This document shows positions 1 to 12,700 of a stretch of 64,000 nucleotides of DNA, piece by piece (positions within the stretch are counted from its first letter, which is position 1; every line of letters begins with the position of its first letter). The translations under genes were made by a program, and so were the position numbers. The notes below the pieces were generated by a model, which saw only the letters and a program-made list of their open reading frames with translations, did no database searches and was not told the origin of the DNA. Origin of the DNA: Lophium mytilinum (lineage: Eukaryota); the NCBI GenBank assembly GCA_010093605.1, contig MU004192.1, positions 752,882 through 816,881 on the forward strand, given 5' to 3'.

Positions 1-1568
1 TGAGAGACTGCAGGCGACTGCAGAGGGGGCAAGAGGCTGCATAGAGCGACGGGCTTCCATTATGTACGGCGGCCCTGTGCGAATGGGTCGCCGTTCGTTG
101 ACTCCACCATCTCCACCACCGTTCCTCGACACGGCCTTCGGGCTGCTCAGGCCAGCGTGCACAAGCTGAGCCGGGCGACAGGCTGGAGGCCAAGGTGCGT
201 AAAAGCGTACAGCAGCGAAACCGCGCGAGCATCGGCCGCCTCGGACTCGAATCTTCCCGCCCCCGACGCTCCGTTGTAATCACCACCACAGCGTACTTCT
301 CCCGCATTTTGCAGCGTCGAGGTGGCCGCGTCCGGCGATGGACGCGAGCCGCCAGCCGAGAAGGGTTTCGTGTTGTTTGAGCGGCGGCGTCATTGGTTCT
401 TGCGCGCTGGAAGTCTGCAAAAGGCCCCGTACGGCCGTACACACCGCTATAGCTAGCAGCGTGAGATTCATAACTAGCCTGAAGCCCTCTACTAATCAGA
501 CGCTGCAAAAGTGAGACTTCTTGCTGCGCAGGAGCAGCAGCACATGGGAGCGCCAGCATCCTCCAGCACCAGAAACCCGGGTCAAAGCAGCGAATAAAGG
601 CCACCACCACACTTCACGAGACCGCTCATCCGCGGGCTTCCGACCACCCTCTGGCTTGTCGTGGGAATTGCTGCTTGAGGCTCGCGGCTGCCAAGAGAGA
701 CCAAGACTGATGTACAAGTTTCAGATGTACATTCATCAAATGCACTACAATATACACTAGAGTCGTTACTTACGTGCGCAGCTAGCCCGTTACCACTCAG
801 CAGCCTGCCATTACGTGAGGGGCTGCTACCTGCATTCGGCCGTATCGTGATATTGTAATAGGCACCTCGCTGCTGACACTGAAAATGAAGCTGCTCCCGC
901 TGGCAGGATGCTGCCGGAAACCTCGATCACTCAATTCTTCTTGGTGTATCCATATTGGATCGTCAAATATGCCTCAAACAGGCAAGAAAGCGAACTGCGC
1001 GCTCGGAGGGGTTGCTCGTCTTCCCTCGCAGCGAGCATTGCCGCGCCATTTCTCCCACGCCTCTTCGCTGTTCGTCCAACATGTACAGGGGAGTAAGTTC
1101 TAGTTTCACCCTGTGACTTGACTGCCGGCTGCGCTGCGATGCCCGCATTCCTCGTATACTTGCCCGTTGAGGCCCCCAAGCCGGCGGCTGGCCATACGGA
1201 TCCTCCACGGTCCCTCCACGGATCCTCCCGTCTTGACACCGCTCTCACACAGGCACTTGCATTGCAAGGTTGACCTGTGATGGGTCCAAGGTTGACATCT
1301 AGATCCTGGCCTACGGTCTTGCTGCCAAGCATATTCTCCGCCGACGTGCCTCGTTCAAGCTAATGTACGGATCGGCGGCGTGCCCGAAGCCCGTCGCGGA
1401 CGACTTCGGACGACACACCTCGTACACGACCCAGGTATTCGAAAAAATTTAACGGCAAACGAACCACCCAGCCACAGGCTCGAACAATCGCCCACACCCT
1501 CCCGGTTTCTTCTTGCCTCGCCCAGCCCGTCGGCATCCCGGTTACTCATTCGGCCCACTCCATGCCAC

Positions 1569-4187
1569 ATGGCAGTCTCTGCCGCTGGGGCGCGCGCCCG
1601 TGACTTGGTGTCATGGTTTGAGAGCAACGGAGGCCAGAAGAGTCTGGCTGTAGAGCTGGCTGAGGATGAGCAGCATGCCTTTCACTTTCGAGCACTGTCC
1701 GACGTCGACAGCCAGGAGTCTGCGTCAAAGTTCAAGATTTGCTCATGTCCCACAACACTATCACTTTCCTATCTCAACATCATACCCGTCGGAGAAAAAG
1801 TCCTCGATGGCGTATCTGTTCGTTTCTGTGGTGGGAACCTGACGCCGTTATGGGATGTCGTCCCCTCCCACATTCTTTCCCGTTTCGTACTCCTCGAACA
1901 GACCGCGCTCAAGGACCACTCATTCTGGGCCCCATACATCAATGCTTTGCCTACGGCCTTTGATACGCTCATGTACTTTGAGCCCGAAGACCTCAAGTGG
2001 TTAGACGGAACTAATCTGGATACCTTTCGGAATATCCGCCACAGTTTATGGACGAGCGAATATCATCTTGTCATGCGCGCGCTCAGAGAGCGTGGAATAG
2101 ATTCTAGCCAATTCTCCTGGTAAGATTGTACCGGCTAGGCCCCCGATTTCTATGCTATTTTCATTTTCTGAGGATTTGGTGTCATATTTGTCACCCCTGT
2201 CTCAACTGTCAGCTCGGCCAAACGACACGTCGGTCTATGCCCTAAGCAGGAGAGGTAGGCTATTTTGAGGTATATTCAAGATTACAAAAGCGCCACCGCC
2301 CCTGGTATTACGACCAGACCTTGTGGAAGTTTCAAAGTCGTGTCTTGCTTCTGGCATGACAGCCTCTGGGGTTCCTCTTGTTGTTTTCGTGCTACGGACA
2401 AACTGCTTCGCAGCTAACGCGCCGGTTGATGTCCGCAGCATGCGAAGGACCATTCAATTTTGTTTGCTCGATTCTTCACGATTGGCGACCGATGAAAAAT
2501 GAACGTCTGCTGATTGAACATTAACTAGGGATTCCTATGTTTGGGCTGCTTCCATGTATACCTCGCGAGGTTTCGACTCAACGCTTGTGTTCCCTAACCT
2601 TGAATTAGATCGTTTCTCCGTTCTTTACCCCTTCTTGGACTCTCTCAACCATGACAGTAATGCAAGAGTGGATTGGGACATGAAATCTGATGCCTTTACC
2701 TTAAGCACACATGAAACGTTGAAGAAAGGCGATGAGATATTCAACAACTACGGCTCTAAGGGTAATGAAGAACGTAAGTATCACATATTTTTTTCTGTGG
2801 GTTTTGTGGCTTTAGTATCTATTAGCTCCAGGATCCTCATTTGATAGCCCACATGCCCCATACTACTTATAAATCTAAGAACTGCCACCATTTGTCTCCC
2901 TTTTTTGGGAATTCGTTACCCACTCGTACTTTGTCAGAGTCCATCTTCTCCATATATAATACGTTAAAGATCCTCCGGACCCTTCACATATACTAATATC
3001 AATTCCGCTCTAGTGCTCGCCGGATATGGCTTCTGCATCCCCAAAAACCCTTTCGAGCAAGTAGCGGTCCGACTCGGCGGTCTCATCCCACCCATCAAAC
3101 AGATCATCCGCGAAAACCACATCCTCGACCCGAAAGACATGACTGAAGACGACTTCGGCCGAGACCTCTACCTCCGTGCCCCCGATTGCAAACTCGGCCG
3201 ATACGACAACCACCACTCTTGGCTAGGCGGGATCCCACCCTTACTCTTCAAGGTTGCTCTCGGCATATACCTATACACGACAAGCCGGCCAGAAAATCTC
3301 CGGTACGATCGTCTAGATGCGAAGCCCGGCCGCCACATCATCGGTGCCGTGCGACAGCTTCTTCAGGTCCTGGAAGTACGGCGCCAAAAGATAGCCGGAG
3401 GGGCGCCCACTAGCGAGCCGGCAAACACGAGACAGCACTATGCGCGAATATATCGCAACGGGCAGTTGAGTGTCGTGAATTGCAACATCGCCGAGCTCCG
3501 TAAAGTGCTACCACAGTTTGTAGGCGAGCGCTCGACTGTGCTGTCTCCGAGCTCCATCTTGACGACGCGCGATGCCATCACGCAGCTGGAAACGGAGAAC
3601 CCAGACGCTGCACGCGCGTTTGTTGAGGGTGTGAATAAGGTTCTCGTGGACCCTATGAACGCGGCCGAGATGCAGGCTGCGGACTGTGAGGACATCGTGT
3701 GGGTGTTCTGGTTGACGTATGCTTATGTCTTGACGGAGTGAGTACTACATACTCCCAACGCTCTTTTCATTGTTCAGCGCCCTAAGTCTCTACGATACGA
3801 CTTATCCTTTATACTTTGGCTACATCACACTTTTGCTTTCGGATAGTTAACGATTACTACAGAAATAACCCACCCTCGAAAATCCATGCCTGGCTTCGCA
3901 ACCTCCGCGCCTTCTACAAATTCAAACTTCGCGACTTCGACTCGGGCGTTGAGGAGGCATACGTGCCCCCAGCCTACCCTTTCGCGGCTGAGAAGATCGC
4001 TGAAGTAGCCGGCGAGTTAGGTGGCGCGTGGACGACGTGCACTGAGCGCAAAGACGTCATATTCTGGGCCGCTGAGGTCGTGCAATTCGAGGCATGGCAG
4101 GTGTTTGTCCATGAAGACGATAAGAACGGGGGCGTGGAAGAGGAACGGGAGAGTCGGTGGGTCATGTATATGGACGAGGAGGCTTAG
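1569..4187 (+). CDS. SET-domain protein-lysine N-methyltransferase (Rubisco LSMT / Rkm-Efm1 / SETD3-4-like); exons 1569-2119, 2529-2773, 3014-3737, 3863-4187
   Basis: Spliced product has LVSWFESNGG, SFWAPYINALP, WAASMYTSRGF, PFLDSLNHD (SET NH motif) and EIFNNYGSKGNEELLAGYGF. GT-AG introns join the four ORFs in phase. Confidence 0.88.
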
Positions 4188-5556
4188 AATGATATATCAC
4201 GAAGGTTGATATAGTAGAGATTGGAGTGCCTTTTAATAAGCTGAAGACATGCTAGCTGGGGCGCCCCTCATAGTGGTATACGGTGAGCAAGAGAGGACTC
4301 GCAGCAAAGGTATATCCACATGCGCATCTTGACTTCCATGCCGTGGAAATCAGACTTCGTTTTGACTGCATGGCGGCCCGCTAGCTGGGCCGCTTCTGAT
4401 AGTGCTATCGAGCGAACAAGAGAGCGGTTTGAACAGTGGTATATCCGCATTCTCAAACTTGTAACCCCCTCCTGTGTTAGCCCATCGCAATCCTCAGATC
4501 CATCCGCTAATGTCAGCTGTGATGGAAATGCAGGGGATACCATTGAAGCGCGCAATGGTATATGGTAAAGTCAAAGGACCCCTGTGAATATAATACAGCA
4601 TGCATACTGTTGGCTAATCTCTGTGCCCAATAGTTCTCGCGAGGCAGGCGACGTGTCTAGATCGTGCGAAGTACGCAGTTGGAGTGGTCGGACTTTACCA
4701 CGCCGTACGGAGCCTTGCTTCGAGGCTGGTTCTGCATGCGTTTCGGTCTGGCGCTCGTTGTGCCGCAGCCAAGATCGCGTGGATGTTGGTACACACCGAT
4801 TGCGCATGTCAGGTGAGGTATTGTGGATGCGACGGAGTTCTTGTATGCAAGGCTGAGATTGAATCCGGCTGTGTATAACGCAGGACAAATGATAGTGATA
4901 TGGATATGTGAAAGATTAGCAAGATGAGCATGACTACCACTGCAATAAGCGGAGGTAGGGCTATGAGGCGGGGCACTAGGAAGGGGCACAGTGGTAGGAT
5001 CGGTCCGGTCAGCGGATGATGTCGAAGGATGCTGTTCCTCGTGTGATTAAGGTGGCACAAGGCTGAGATGCTAGCAATATGAAAGGTGTCGAGAAATGGT
5101 TTTACGATGATGGATTAACATGACAGCGAGAAGCTTGAAACAATGTATAGCGCTGAAGTAGTGATGGTGCCAATAGAGAATACGAAGAAGCATCCCTATC
5201 CGTCAACTTGGGAGGCGAGGTGGTGAAGAATCACGAGTTCAGGGGGGGCGATTGGACAGCAGAGCAGGCGGAAGGGTGCCAAGTGATACCAAATAAAGAC
5301 TGGCCCCCGCTTGTTTTGACACAGGTTGGGGCCAAATCGTCGGGATTTAGGAGCCCGGCGGACGGTTGCCTTGCCGCCGTCGTCGCGCCGTTCGAGCTGC
5401 GCCTCCGTCGCCTACATAGTACAGGTACGTAACCAAGCCTCCCGCCTTCTCCTTGATCTCGTTCCTCTTTCCTTTATCAACCCCACACTTGTCTGCCTTC
5501 ATCAAGGACACTTTCTCTTACTCCTGTTTACATCTGTGCTCTGATTCTACTTCATC

Positions 5557-6798
5557 ATGGGTGCTTACGTCGGCCATGTAATTCGCCGTGGCGTCCAGGT
5601 TGCCTCTGAGGGCTTCAAGAACGGCGGCGATGGCAAGTCGTTTGAGATCAAGATTCCCGCCTGGGGACAGGCGATGCTCTTCACGACCTTCATCGTATTC
5701 ACCGTCATCTTAAGCTCGGTAAGTGCTCTTCTGAGGACCAGAGGCCTCGCAACTCTCACTTCAACGTCATTACTAACAACAACCTAGCTTGAGTACACCC
5801 TCAAAGACGTCGTGGCTACTTTGGCACAAATCGAGAGCCCCAGCGCCGAAATCGCCCTCACCTCCCCCTCCGAAGACGCCGACCCTCTCATGAAGAAGGG
5901 TGACGCCAATGTCGAAGAGAATGCCGGACCCAACGTCACCCTCGTTCGCCAGAAGCCCATCACCGCTGGAATCCGCACCACTCTTCGCCATTTGGTCGCT
6001 CAGGCCGGTATATTCTCCCGATGGCGTGGACTGGCTCCCTTCATCTTCTACAACTTCACCCACGCTTTCCTGACCAACCTCATGGACGCCGTGATCCCTC
6101 ACTTCATCCCGGGCCGCCTGTTTATCTTCTCCTCGATCTCCGCCGTCCTGCTCGCCCGCATCCACGCGGCCTGGACCCACACCGTCATTTCGATGCCCTC
6201 CAACAAGCGCTTCTGGCGCCGCATTCCCCCGGCATCCTCGTGGCGCCAGCTTGCGCTCCCGGCCGCTGTCAAGTCTTGCGCCGGATATGCCTCGCTCTAC
6301 GTCGCCGTTGGCTTCGTCTACGTCCTGCGTCTCAACCGCATTGATGGCAACGCGCTTTCTACCTACAAGGGCGTTGACTGGTTCCTCCTCGCACTCCGCG
6401 TGTCCTCCCTCGTCGCCGTGGTCCTCCTCTCCGCGCTCTTCATTATCCTCCCCGCGACGGTTACTCTAGTTCGTGTGGAAGCGTCTGCCCTGCCGGAGGA
6501 GGATGAGACTATCGTCGCCTTCGACCGCTCCTTCGGCGGCAAAGTCGTCCCGACCATCCTCGGTGGCACTGGCGCGATCGGCTTCGTCGACGCATGGCGC
6601 TCGTTCAACTGGGAGGCCCGCCGCCGTCTGGTCTGGCTCTACGTGAAGATCTCCCTTGTCATGTTCACCGTGACTCTTGTCTTCGCGCACATCCTTGCCT
6701 TCGAGGTCTGGGCTGTCATGGGCCCCGCGGTGCGGAAGATGGTTGCGGATGCTCAGGGTGTGCAGGCTGTTCCGCATGGTGAGATGCACACTTGGTAA
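5557..6798 (+). CDS. Conserved fungal multi-pass membrane protein of unknown function; exons 5557-5718, 5788-6798
   Basis: Phase-0 intron GTAAGT...TACTAAC...TAG (5719-5787). Several hydrophobic helices, strong codon bias, and the motif VEASALPEEDETIVAFDRSFGG. Confidence 0.8.
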
Positions 6799-7667
6799 AT
6801 ACATCAACTCGAGCAGCAGCTATGACCTATGAACGCTTTGTTGGCTGCTGGAAGACACGGCTTGGTTCATAGCGCTGCGAGTAGTAAAGTATATTATGGG
6901 TTGCCGAGATGGTAGCGCCAAATTTGACACACTGTCGATAACTGAACTCTCTCGATACACTCTTTTCTTTGGACCTAGGGCTTTTTTGGGCGTTTGGGAT
7001 GTATCGTGTATTTCAGTCCCCCTCCATAGGATCCTTCAATGAATATGATTGGAACAACAACATTTTCTTCTGCGTGATGTGAATTTGCGTGATGTGAATA
7101 TTGCATACCCTAAAGGCTTTCTTCTCGGTATTGATAACGAATGATGGCGGCACGGAGGCAAGCCACGTACGAATTTTTAGTTGGATTCAACAACGTCTTG
7201 GTAAGTAGCCGTATAAGATCTTCAGGACTATATCGATCGCCTAGCAGTTAGCTATAAAGAAAACCAATACCGACGGGATGCTTCTAGGTACCACCAAGGC
7301 CACTATAGCAAATTTATTTCTTGAAAACTGCAGTAACACCACAAGACCATTGACCCATCTACCAATAAAAACCACCTTCTAACCCCCATAAACCCTCCAT
7401 GCCTCCCGTCCCAAAAAAGGCCCGTAAACCCCCACCAACAAGCCCCCACCAAAACCCATCCCCCAAAAACTCCCGTCTTCCAAGATTCCAGAAAAGCTCC
7501 GCCCCACTTTCCCCGCTCCGCCCACCACCACCGCCACCTGCAAAATTCACCCTAACACAAAATGTGACACGCATCCCATTTCCGACCTTGAATCTCGAAG
7601 CGCCAAGACATATGTGGGGATAATGGTCTATAATATGACTAATTTCCGCTCAACTCAATTCCAGTAA

Positions 7668-7748
7668 GGTGTCATGGTCTAGTGGTTAGGACATATCGTT
7701 GTGGAGCACAACCCCGATATAACCCGCGTTCGATTCGCGGTGACGCCA
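7668..7748 (+). tRNA. tRNA-His (GTG) with 9-nt intron (7705-7713)
   Basis: Acceptor stem GGTGTCA/TGACGCC, discriminator A, D-loop AGTGGTTA, anticodon arm TATCG-TTGTGG[intron]C-CGATA, T-loop GTTCGATTC, and a T6 Pol III terminator about 15 nt downstream. Confidence 0.95.
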
Positions 7749-8025
7749 ATGTGCGAGTTCCTTTTTTGGCTTTATTAGGGGCACTCCAGGTGGGTTCTGG
7801 TTGGGGCGAGAGGGAGATTTGGGTGGATTTCTTTTTGGGTTGTGAATAGGCGAGCGTAGAGATTAGTAGAAAACGGGTGCGAAAGGGATATCTTAGGTTC
7901 GTGTCATACATAGCAAGCAGTATATACGCTGGAGTGGCTGCGGTTTTTGGATCTTGGATGGTCTTCATTTCTTTTATGTGTTCTTTCAAACTCTATCTAT
8001 GATAAGGGAGGGTGGCACAACCCGC

Positions 8026-8849
8026 TCACTTCTTCTTCATACCCTCCGCAACCCAAGCCCGCACTGATTTCGCGCTGTCGTGTGCGGCGCGGAACACTAG
8101 CCATATGAAAGCCATGTTAGCATCGAAACAAGAAGAACAGTAAGAGGAGAAAGAAGAGTAAACGTACACTGCCGCTCATTCTCATCCAACCCCCGCAAGA
8201 AATCCGCACCCTCCCCCAACGTCCCTCTCACATTGTTCGCTTGGTCTGCTATCACCGCCGCACGTGCTTTAAACGTCTCGGTCAAAACTCGAATCATTTC
8301 CTGCTCCTCGGCCTTGTTGATGTCTTCAACGTACATCTCTAGCAGCCGCGTCGCGAGGTTGTAGAAGTGCGAGGCCAGAGCGCGCAGGTCGACGGTCTTG
8401 GGGTCTGCTTTTAGGGCGTTGGAGACGCGGGGGCCTAGCGCCGAGGGGATGCCGAGGGTGACGAGGGAGTCGGTGTTCATCATCTCGCTGGGTTGGGGGT
8501 TAGTGGGAGTTGGGGAGGGAGGGGGTGGTGGGGGACCTCAGGGAGAGCATTTCGCCGAGCCAGATTGGGAGTTCGACTTTGGAGTCTTTTTTCATCTGGA
8601 TGGGGGTTAGGATGGGGGATGTTGGGGACTGATTTGGAAGAGTAGCTCACGTCACCGCCCATGTTGCCGTCGAGAAAGCCCAAACCGGGCACGGTGAGTT
8701 CGAATGTACATGGTACTTTCTGTACATATCGTAAGTCGTTTGAAGTAAAGTCGTGAAGATAATAGGGTAGTGTAGATGTGATATGGTAAAGTGGATATGC
8801 TGATTACCTGGGCATCCGTGAGAATGGCGTCGATATCGTAGTAAGACAT
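8026..8849 (-). CDS. PSF3: GINS complex subunit Psf3; exons 8849-8808, 8719-8651, 8595-8537, 8487-8168, 8096-8026
   Basis: Spliced protein MSYYDIDAILTDAQKVPCTFELTVPGLGFL...KVELPIWLGEML...NALKADPKTVDLRAL...FLRGLDENERQLFRAAHDS matches fungal Psf3. Confidence 0.92.
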
Positions 8850-8996
8850 GGGAGCTCAGTCTGTCTCTGGATATTAGTATTTTTCTGGACGAGTCTGCAT
8901 GTCAAGATGACTACGTGTTTCAGAATGAAGGACAACATATGACACGTGTGAATGCAGAATGCAGCATGAAAGTCACTCGGTGGAGTCGCATCCAAG

Positions 8997-9110
8997 ACGC
9001 GTTGTACCACTACAACGGCCAGCATAGGCTTGCAACCACCACAAAGAGTGGGGAATTCATGAGAAGACTCCGAGAGAAGAACGCAGAAGAAGATGGATTG
9101 ATCGACGCGT
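8997..9110. promoter_or_regulatory. Two MCB-like elements (ACGCGT at 8997-9002 and 9105-9110) in the divergent PSF3/BLM10 promoter
   Basis: Exact MluI boxes about 150 and 260 bp upstream of the PSF3 ATG. MBF control of replication genes is established in yeasts. Confidence 0.45.
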
Positions 9111-9775
9111 GACTGGACGTGCATGAAAGAGATCTCCCGCCTTACATTTTTCGCCCGATTGAATTGCGTGTTCGCGATTGCCTTGCTGAGTAGTCCGGCC
9201 TTAAAACACCATGCTCGCGCTGCCACTGTACACCAATTGACCTCTTTTCAGACTGCCCTTTTTTTCGACGACCTTCTAGAAAAAGCGCACGCGACTACTT
9301 TCTTGCGCGACGCTGTGAATCGCTGTTGGTGTTGTCGGAGATAAAGCAGCGCTCCCTTGGCTAGCAACGGTCGCCTGCCTGCCACCATCAAGCGCTGTGT
9401 GGAGAGTAGGCCATAGCTCCAGATAGACAGTCCCCGGTCATCGACATCCCGCAGTGTAGACGACGGCTACCTACATACTGCCGCTACTTTAACTTCTGCA
9501 TCCTGCTGCTGCGCTGCATCGTTGGACACAAGACAGCCGCTGCACAAGGCTCAACTCCAGTGAGTTCTACGCCGTACTGCCATGGCCTTGCGCCGTGTAG
9601 ATGTCTTATTCCAGCGCTACCGCTCCCGATTCACTCTATAGAACAAGCTAACGTTGCCGCTCGCATAGTCTCCATCCGTGACGAGATATTCATTCTCTTT
9701 GATGACTACATCTGCGCACAATACACCCTCCGACCCCTCCACGCCCTCGAGTCCCACGGTTGACCCTCCTCCACC

Positions 9776-12700
9776 ATGGCCGGTAACGAACGCATAGGCC
9801 AGCTCATGAGCGCCCTCGACACCTCAACCAGTATGGACGTATCGCGAGCTACGTCGCCAGGTGGAGACTGGCGCGAGTCAAATGGTACTGCCAACGGCAA
9901 GAATGCTGAAAAGCAGAGCCGTAGTCGCCCGCGGACCTTTCCGTACTTCGAATACCTACCATACGAGACCGAAGATGCAGAAGAGAGGGAGGAGAACCTC
10001 AACACATGCATAAAACATCTCTTCATAGCGGTTTCTGCCGGAGACTTTGCGCCGGGGGCGGTACACTGGACTCGAGAGATTCGAGGATGGCTGTCTCTGA
10101 AGTTCGACCTTCCACGCGACACCCGCGTCAAGCTTGTCAAGCTCTACTACGAGCTGGCGCTTGCTCCAGGTCTCGATTATCTGGTTGCCGAGCGCTTTGC
10201 GAGCATGTTCATGGTCTTGACGAAGTAAGTGAAGACAGGTTGAAGTACCCAGCCAATCACATGCACTGACACATTCTCTCGCAGGCGGAAGCACTACCTT
10301 CGTCCAGGAAGAGACTTGACATTAGACTGGAGACCGCTCTTCAGAGAAATGAAGATGTTTGTGCTTCCCTCGGAGTCGGGGGCATCCCATCCTACCAATG
10401 TCAAGCGCAATATCCGGACGCTGACCAAGCTGGCTACATTTGCACAACTTTACTTTGACACGCAAGATATCCCTGCGATGTTTGAAGAATTCCTCCCTTA
10501 CTTTAGCACCTCGTTCTCTGAAAATGCATACGTAGTTGTTGGCTTGCTCAACCTGCTTCTCCCCACGTATCCCGTAGCAGAGGATAAGGCAGCGCTCCAG
10601 CCACAGAACTACCTGCCCACCTTCTTCCATCTTTGGTCTCTGATGAATAGGTCGAGGCTGTTCGATGTACACTTCGTCGACATCTTGTCTAGATTAGCGA
10701 GGGATTCCTTACCAGCCGAGCACATTCCTTTCTCTCAGCATGGTATCTTTACGAGCGAGCAATCAGCCCTCATATTTACCGCTATTCTCAGATTGCTTCA
10801 GATCCCAGTTGGGCAGGCTTTGACTCCCTACAGCTCGACCGTAGACCTAGGTGCCGGTCTGGCCGTGATGCTTGACAGAGATCAGAGAAAGCATCCAATT
10901 GCCCACCACATTGCTCGCTGGATTGTAATGTCCTTGTCTCCAGCTTGTTTGGACCATCCTGATTCGGTTTTGGTCAAACTTGAAGGCTTGATTCAGGGAA
11001 TCGAGACTTTCTTCCATCCATCGAACTCGGGTGATTGGACAAAGTCGCTTTCACAGCTTGTCTACTATCTCGCTGATTTCTTCGTCATGCGGTGGAATCG
11101 AGAGCATAGCGGCGAGATGGAGGTTCCTGAGGAGAGGAAACTCAACGACGAACTCAAGCGGCGATTCGTCCTATGCCTTCGAGATGTCATCTACATGGGA
11201 ATCTTCGCTAAGAGTGGAACAGCTATGAACTTCTCATTATCGACACTCCAGAGCCTTGCTTTCTTGGAACCAAACCTCATTCTTCCCGGAGCGCTTCAGA
11301 GGATCTACCCAGCCATGCAAGGCCTTGTCGAGGTACACCGGACGATATCCTCCATACGCGCACTCCATATGCTGTCAAAGGTAATGGCGAGAACGAAGGG
11401 TTATAGATGTCATGTTACTACGGTTTTGGGCCTTGCTCTACCTGGTATTGATGCGAACGATCTAGAGAAGACCTTGCATACGCTGTCATACATTCAAGGC
11501 GTATGCTATACCGTTCCGTTCCACGATTTGACCAAAGAAAAGAGGCAGGGACAGAATGGCCGAGCCAGTGGCGATAGTGCAGAAACTCCTTTGGAGGATA
11601 CGGACACAGCATTGGCAGGCCAGTGGATAATGGGACAAGTGGACCGATTAGAAAACCTTGGTGCGGACGGTGAGATCAATTACGACGAAGAGCTTAGCGA
11701 TCAAGAAGAGGAGATGATACTAAGATCGTCAACAACTGGCCTTGCAGAGTTCTTGATCACCTTCCTTGGACGGGTGTTTACTTTGCTAGAAAATCTTCCA
11801 GATGCCTCCCGCGTGAGGAGTGGATCGCCCGAGGAGAACGTGGTGAACACGCTCCCTGCAGCGTTTACACCATTACTAGCAGCACTTTCGCCAGAGCTGT
11901 TCGATATCGCCCTAGACAAGATTGCCAACTTCGTGACAAATCATGTCATACATCAGGCCAGAGACGCGATGGCTTTCATTTGCAATGGCCTTGTTAAGAT
12001 CAATCCTGAAAAAGCTCTCAAGCGGCTACTTCCTCATCTCCTGTCAGGCATCCGAGTTGAAATTGAGGATAATGGAGCCGGATCCACGAGAACGACGGGG
12101 TCTGAGGTTCTTCCTCGAGATCGCGCATTAGTATGGAACATCAGCCTACTAAGCATGTGCGTCGTACATGTCGGCGACGCTGTGCTTGCCTGGAGAAAGG
12201 AACTCTTCGAGATTGCCGAGTACATGCAAAAGCACTGCAGAGGCATTCCAACAGTGCATGTTTCGAACTTCATCCACCATCTGTTGCTCAATTTGACAGT
12301 CACTTACACAATTGACTACTCCATTTATGAAAAGGAAGAGCTTGAGAGGGGCCTGACCACTGAGTCATGGGGCCGACTTCCCGATCCGAAGAAATTGAAC
12401 CTTGTTTGGCACACACCGAATGCGGAGGAAATCGATTTCGCAATCCGCCTTTTTAATTCGCAGTGCAAGAACGCAACCACTGCTCTGCTGGATCTGATCA
12501 AACCGAATCCACCGATCAAGCGTGATGGCACTGGGAAGGACTGGTCGGACGAAGTATCACGCAATCTTGTGCTGCTAAGGCTTATCATGTCTGGCATCTC
12601 TGTGCTCTTCGACCCCAGTATAGAAGACGGCGACGAGAGCGACACGACAGACTCTTCAGACGAGGAGGATGCTATGGATACCGAAGAGCCGGACCATGAT

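Noticed and set aside
2119..2445. Possible stwintron in SET gene intron 1
   Set aside because: Removing the internal intron does not regenerate a donor that restores the reading frame.
5011..5157. TGATG...CTGA pairs resembling C/D box snoRNAs
   Set aside because: Box C does not match RTGATGA, and there are no terminal stems or recognisable rRNA guide.
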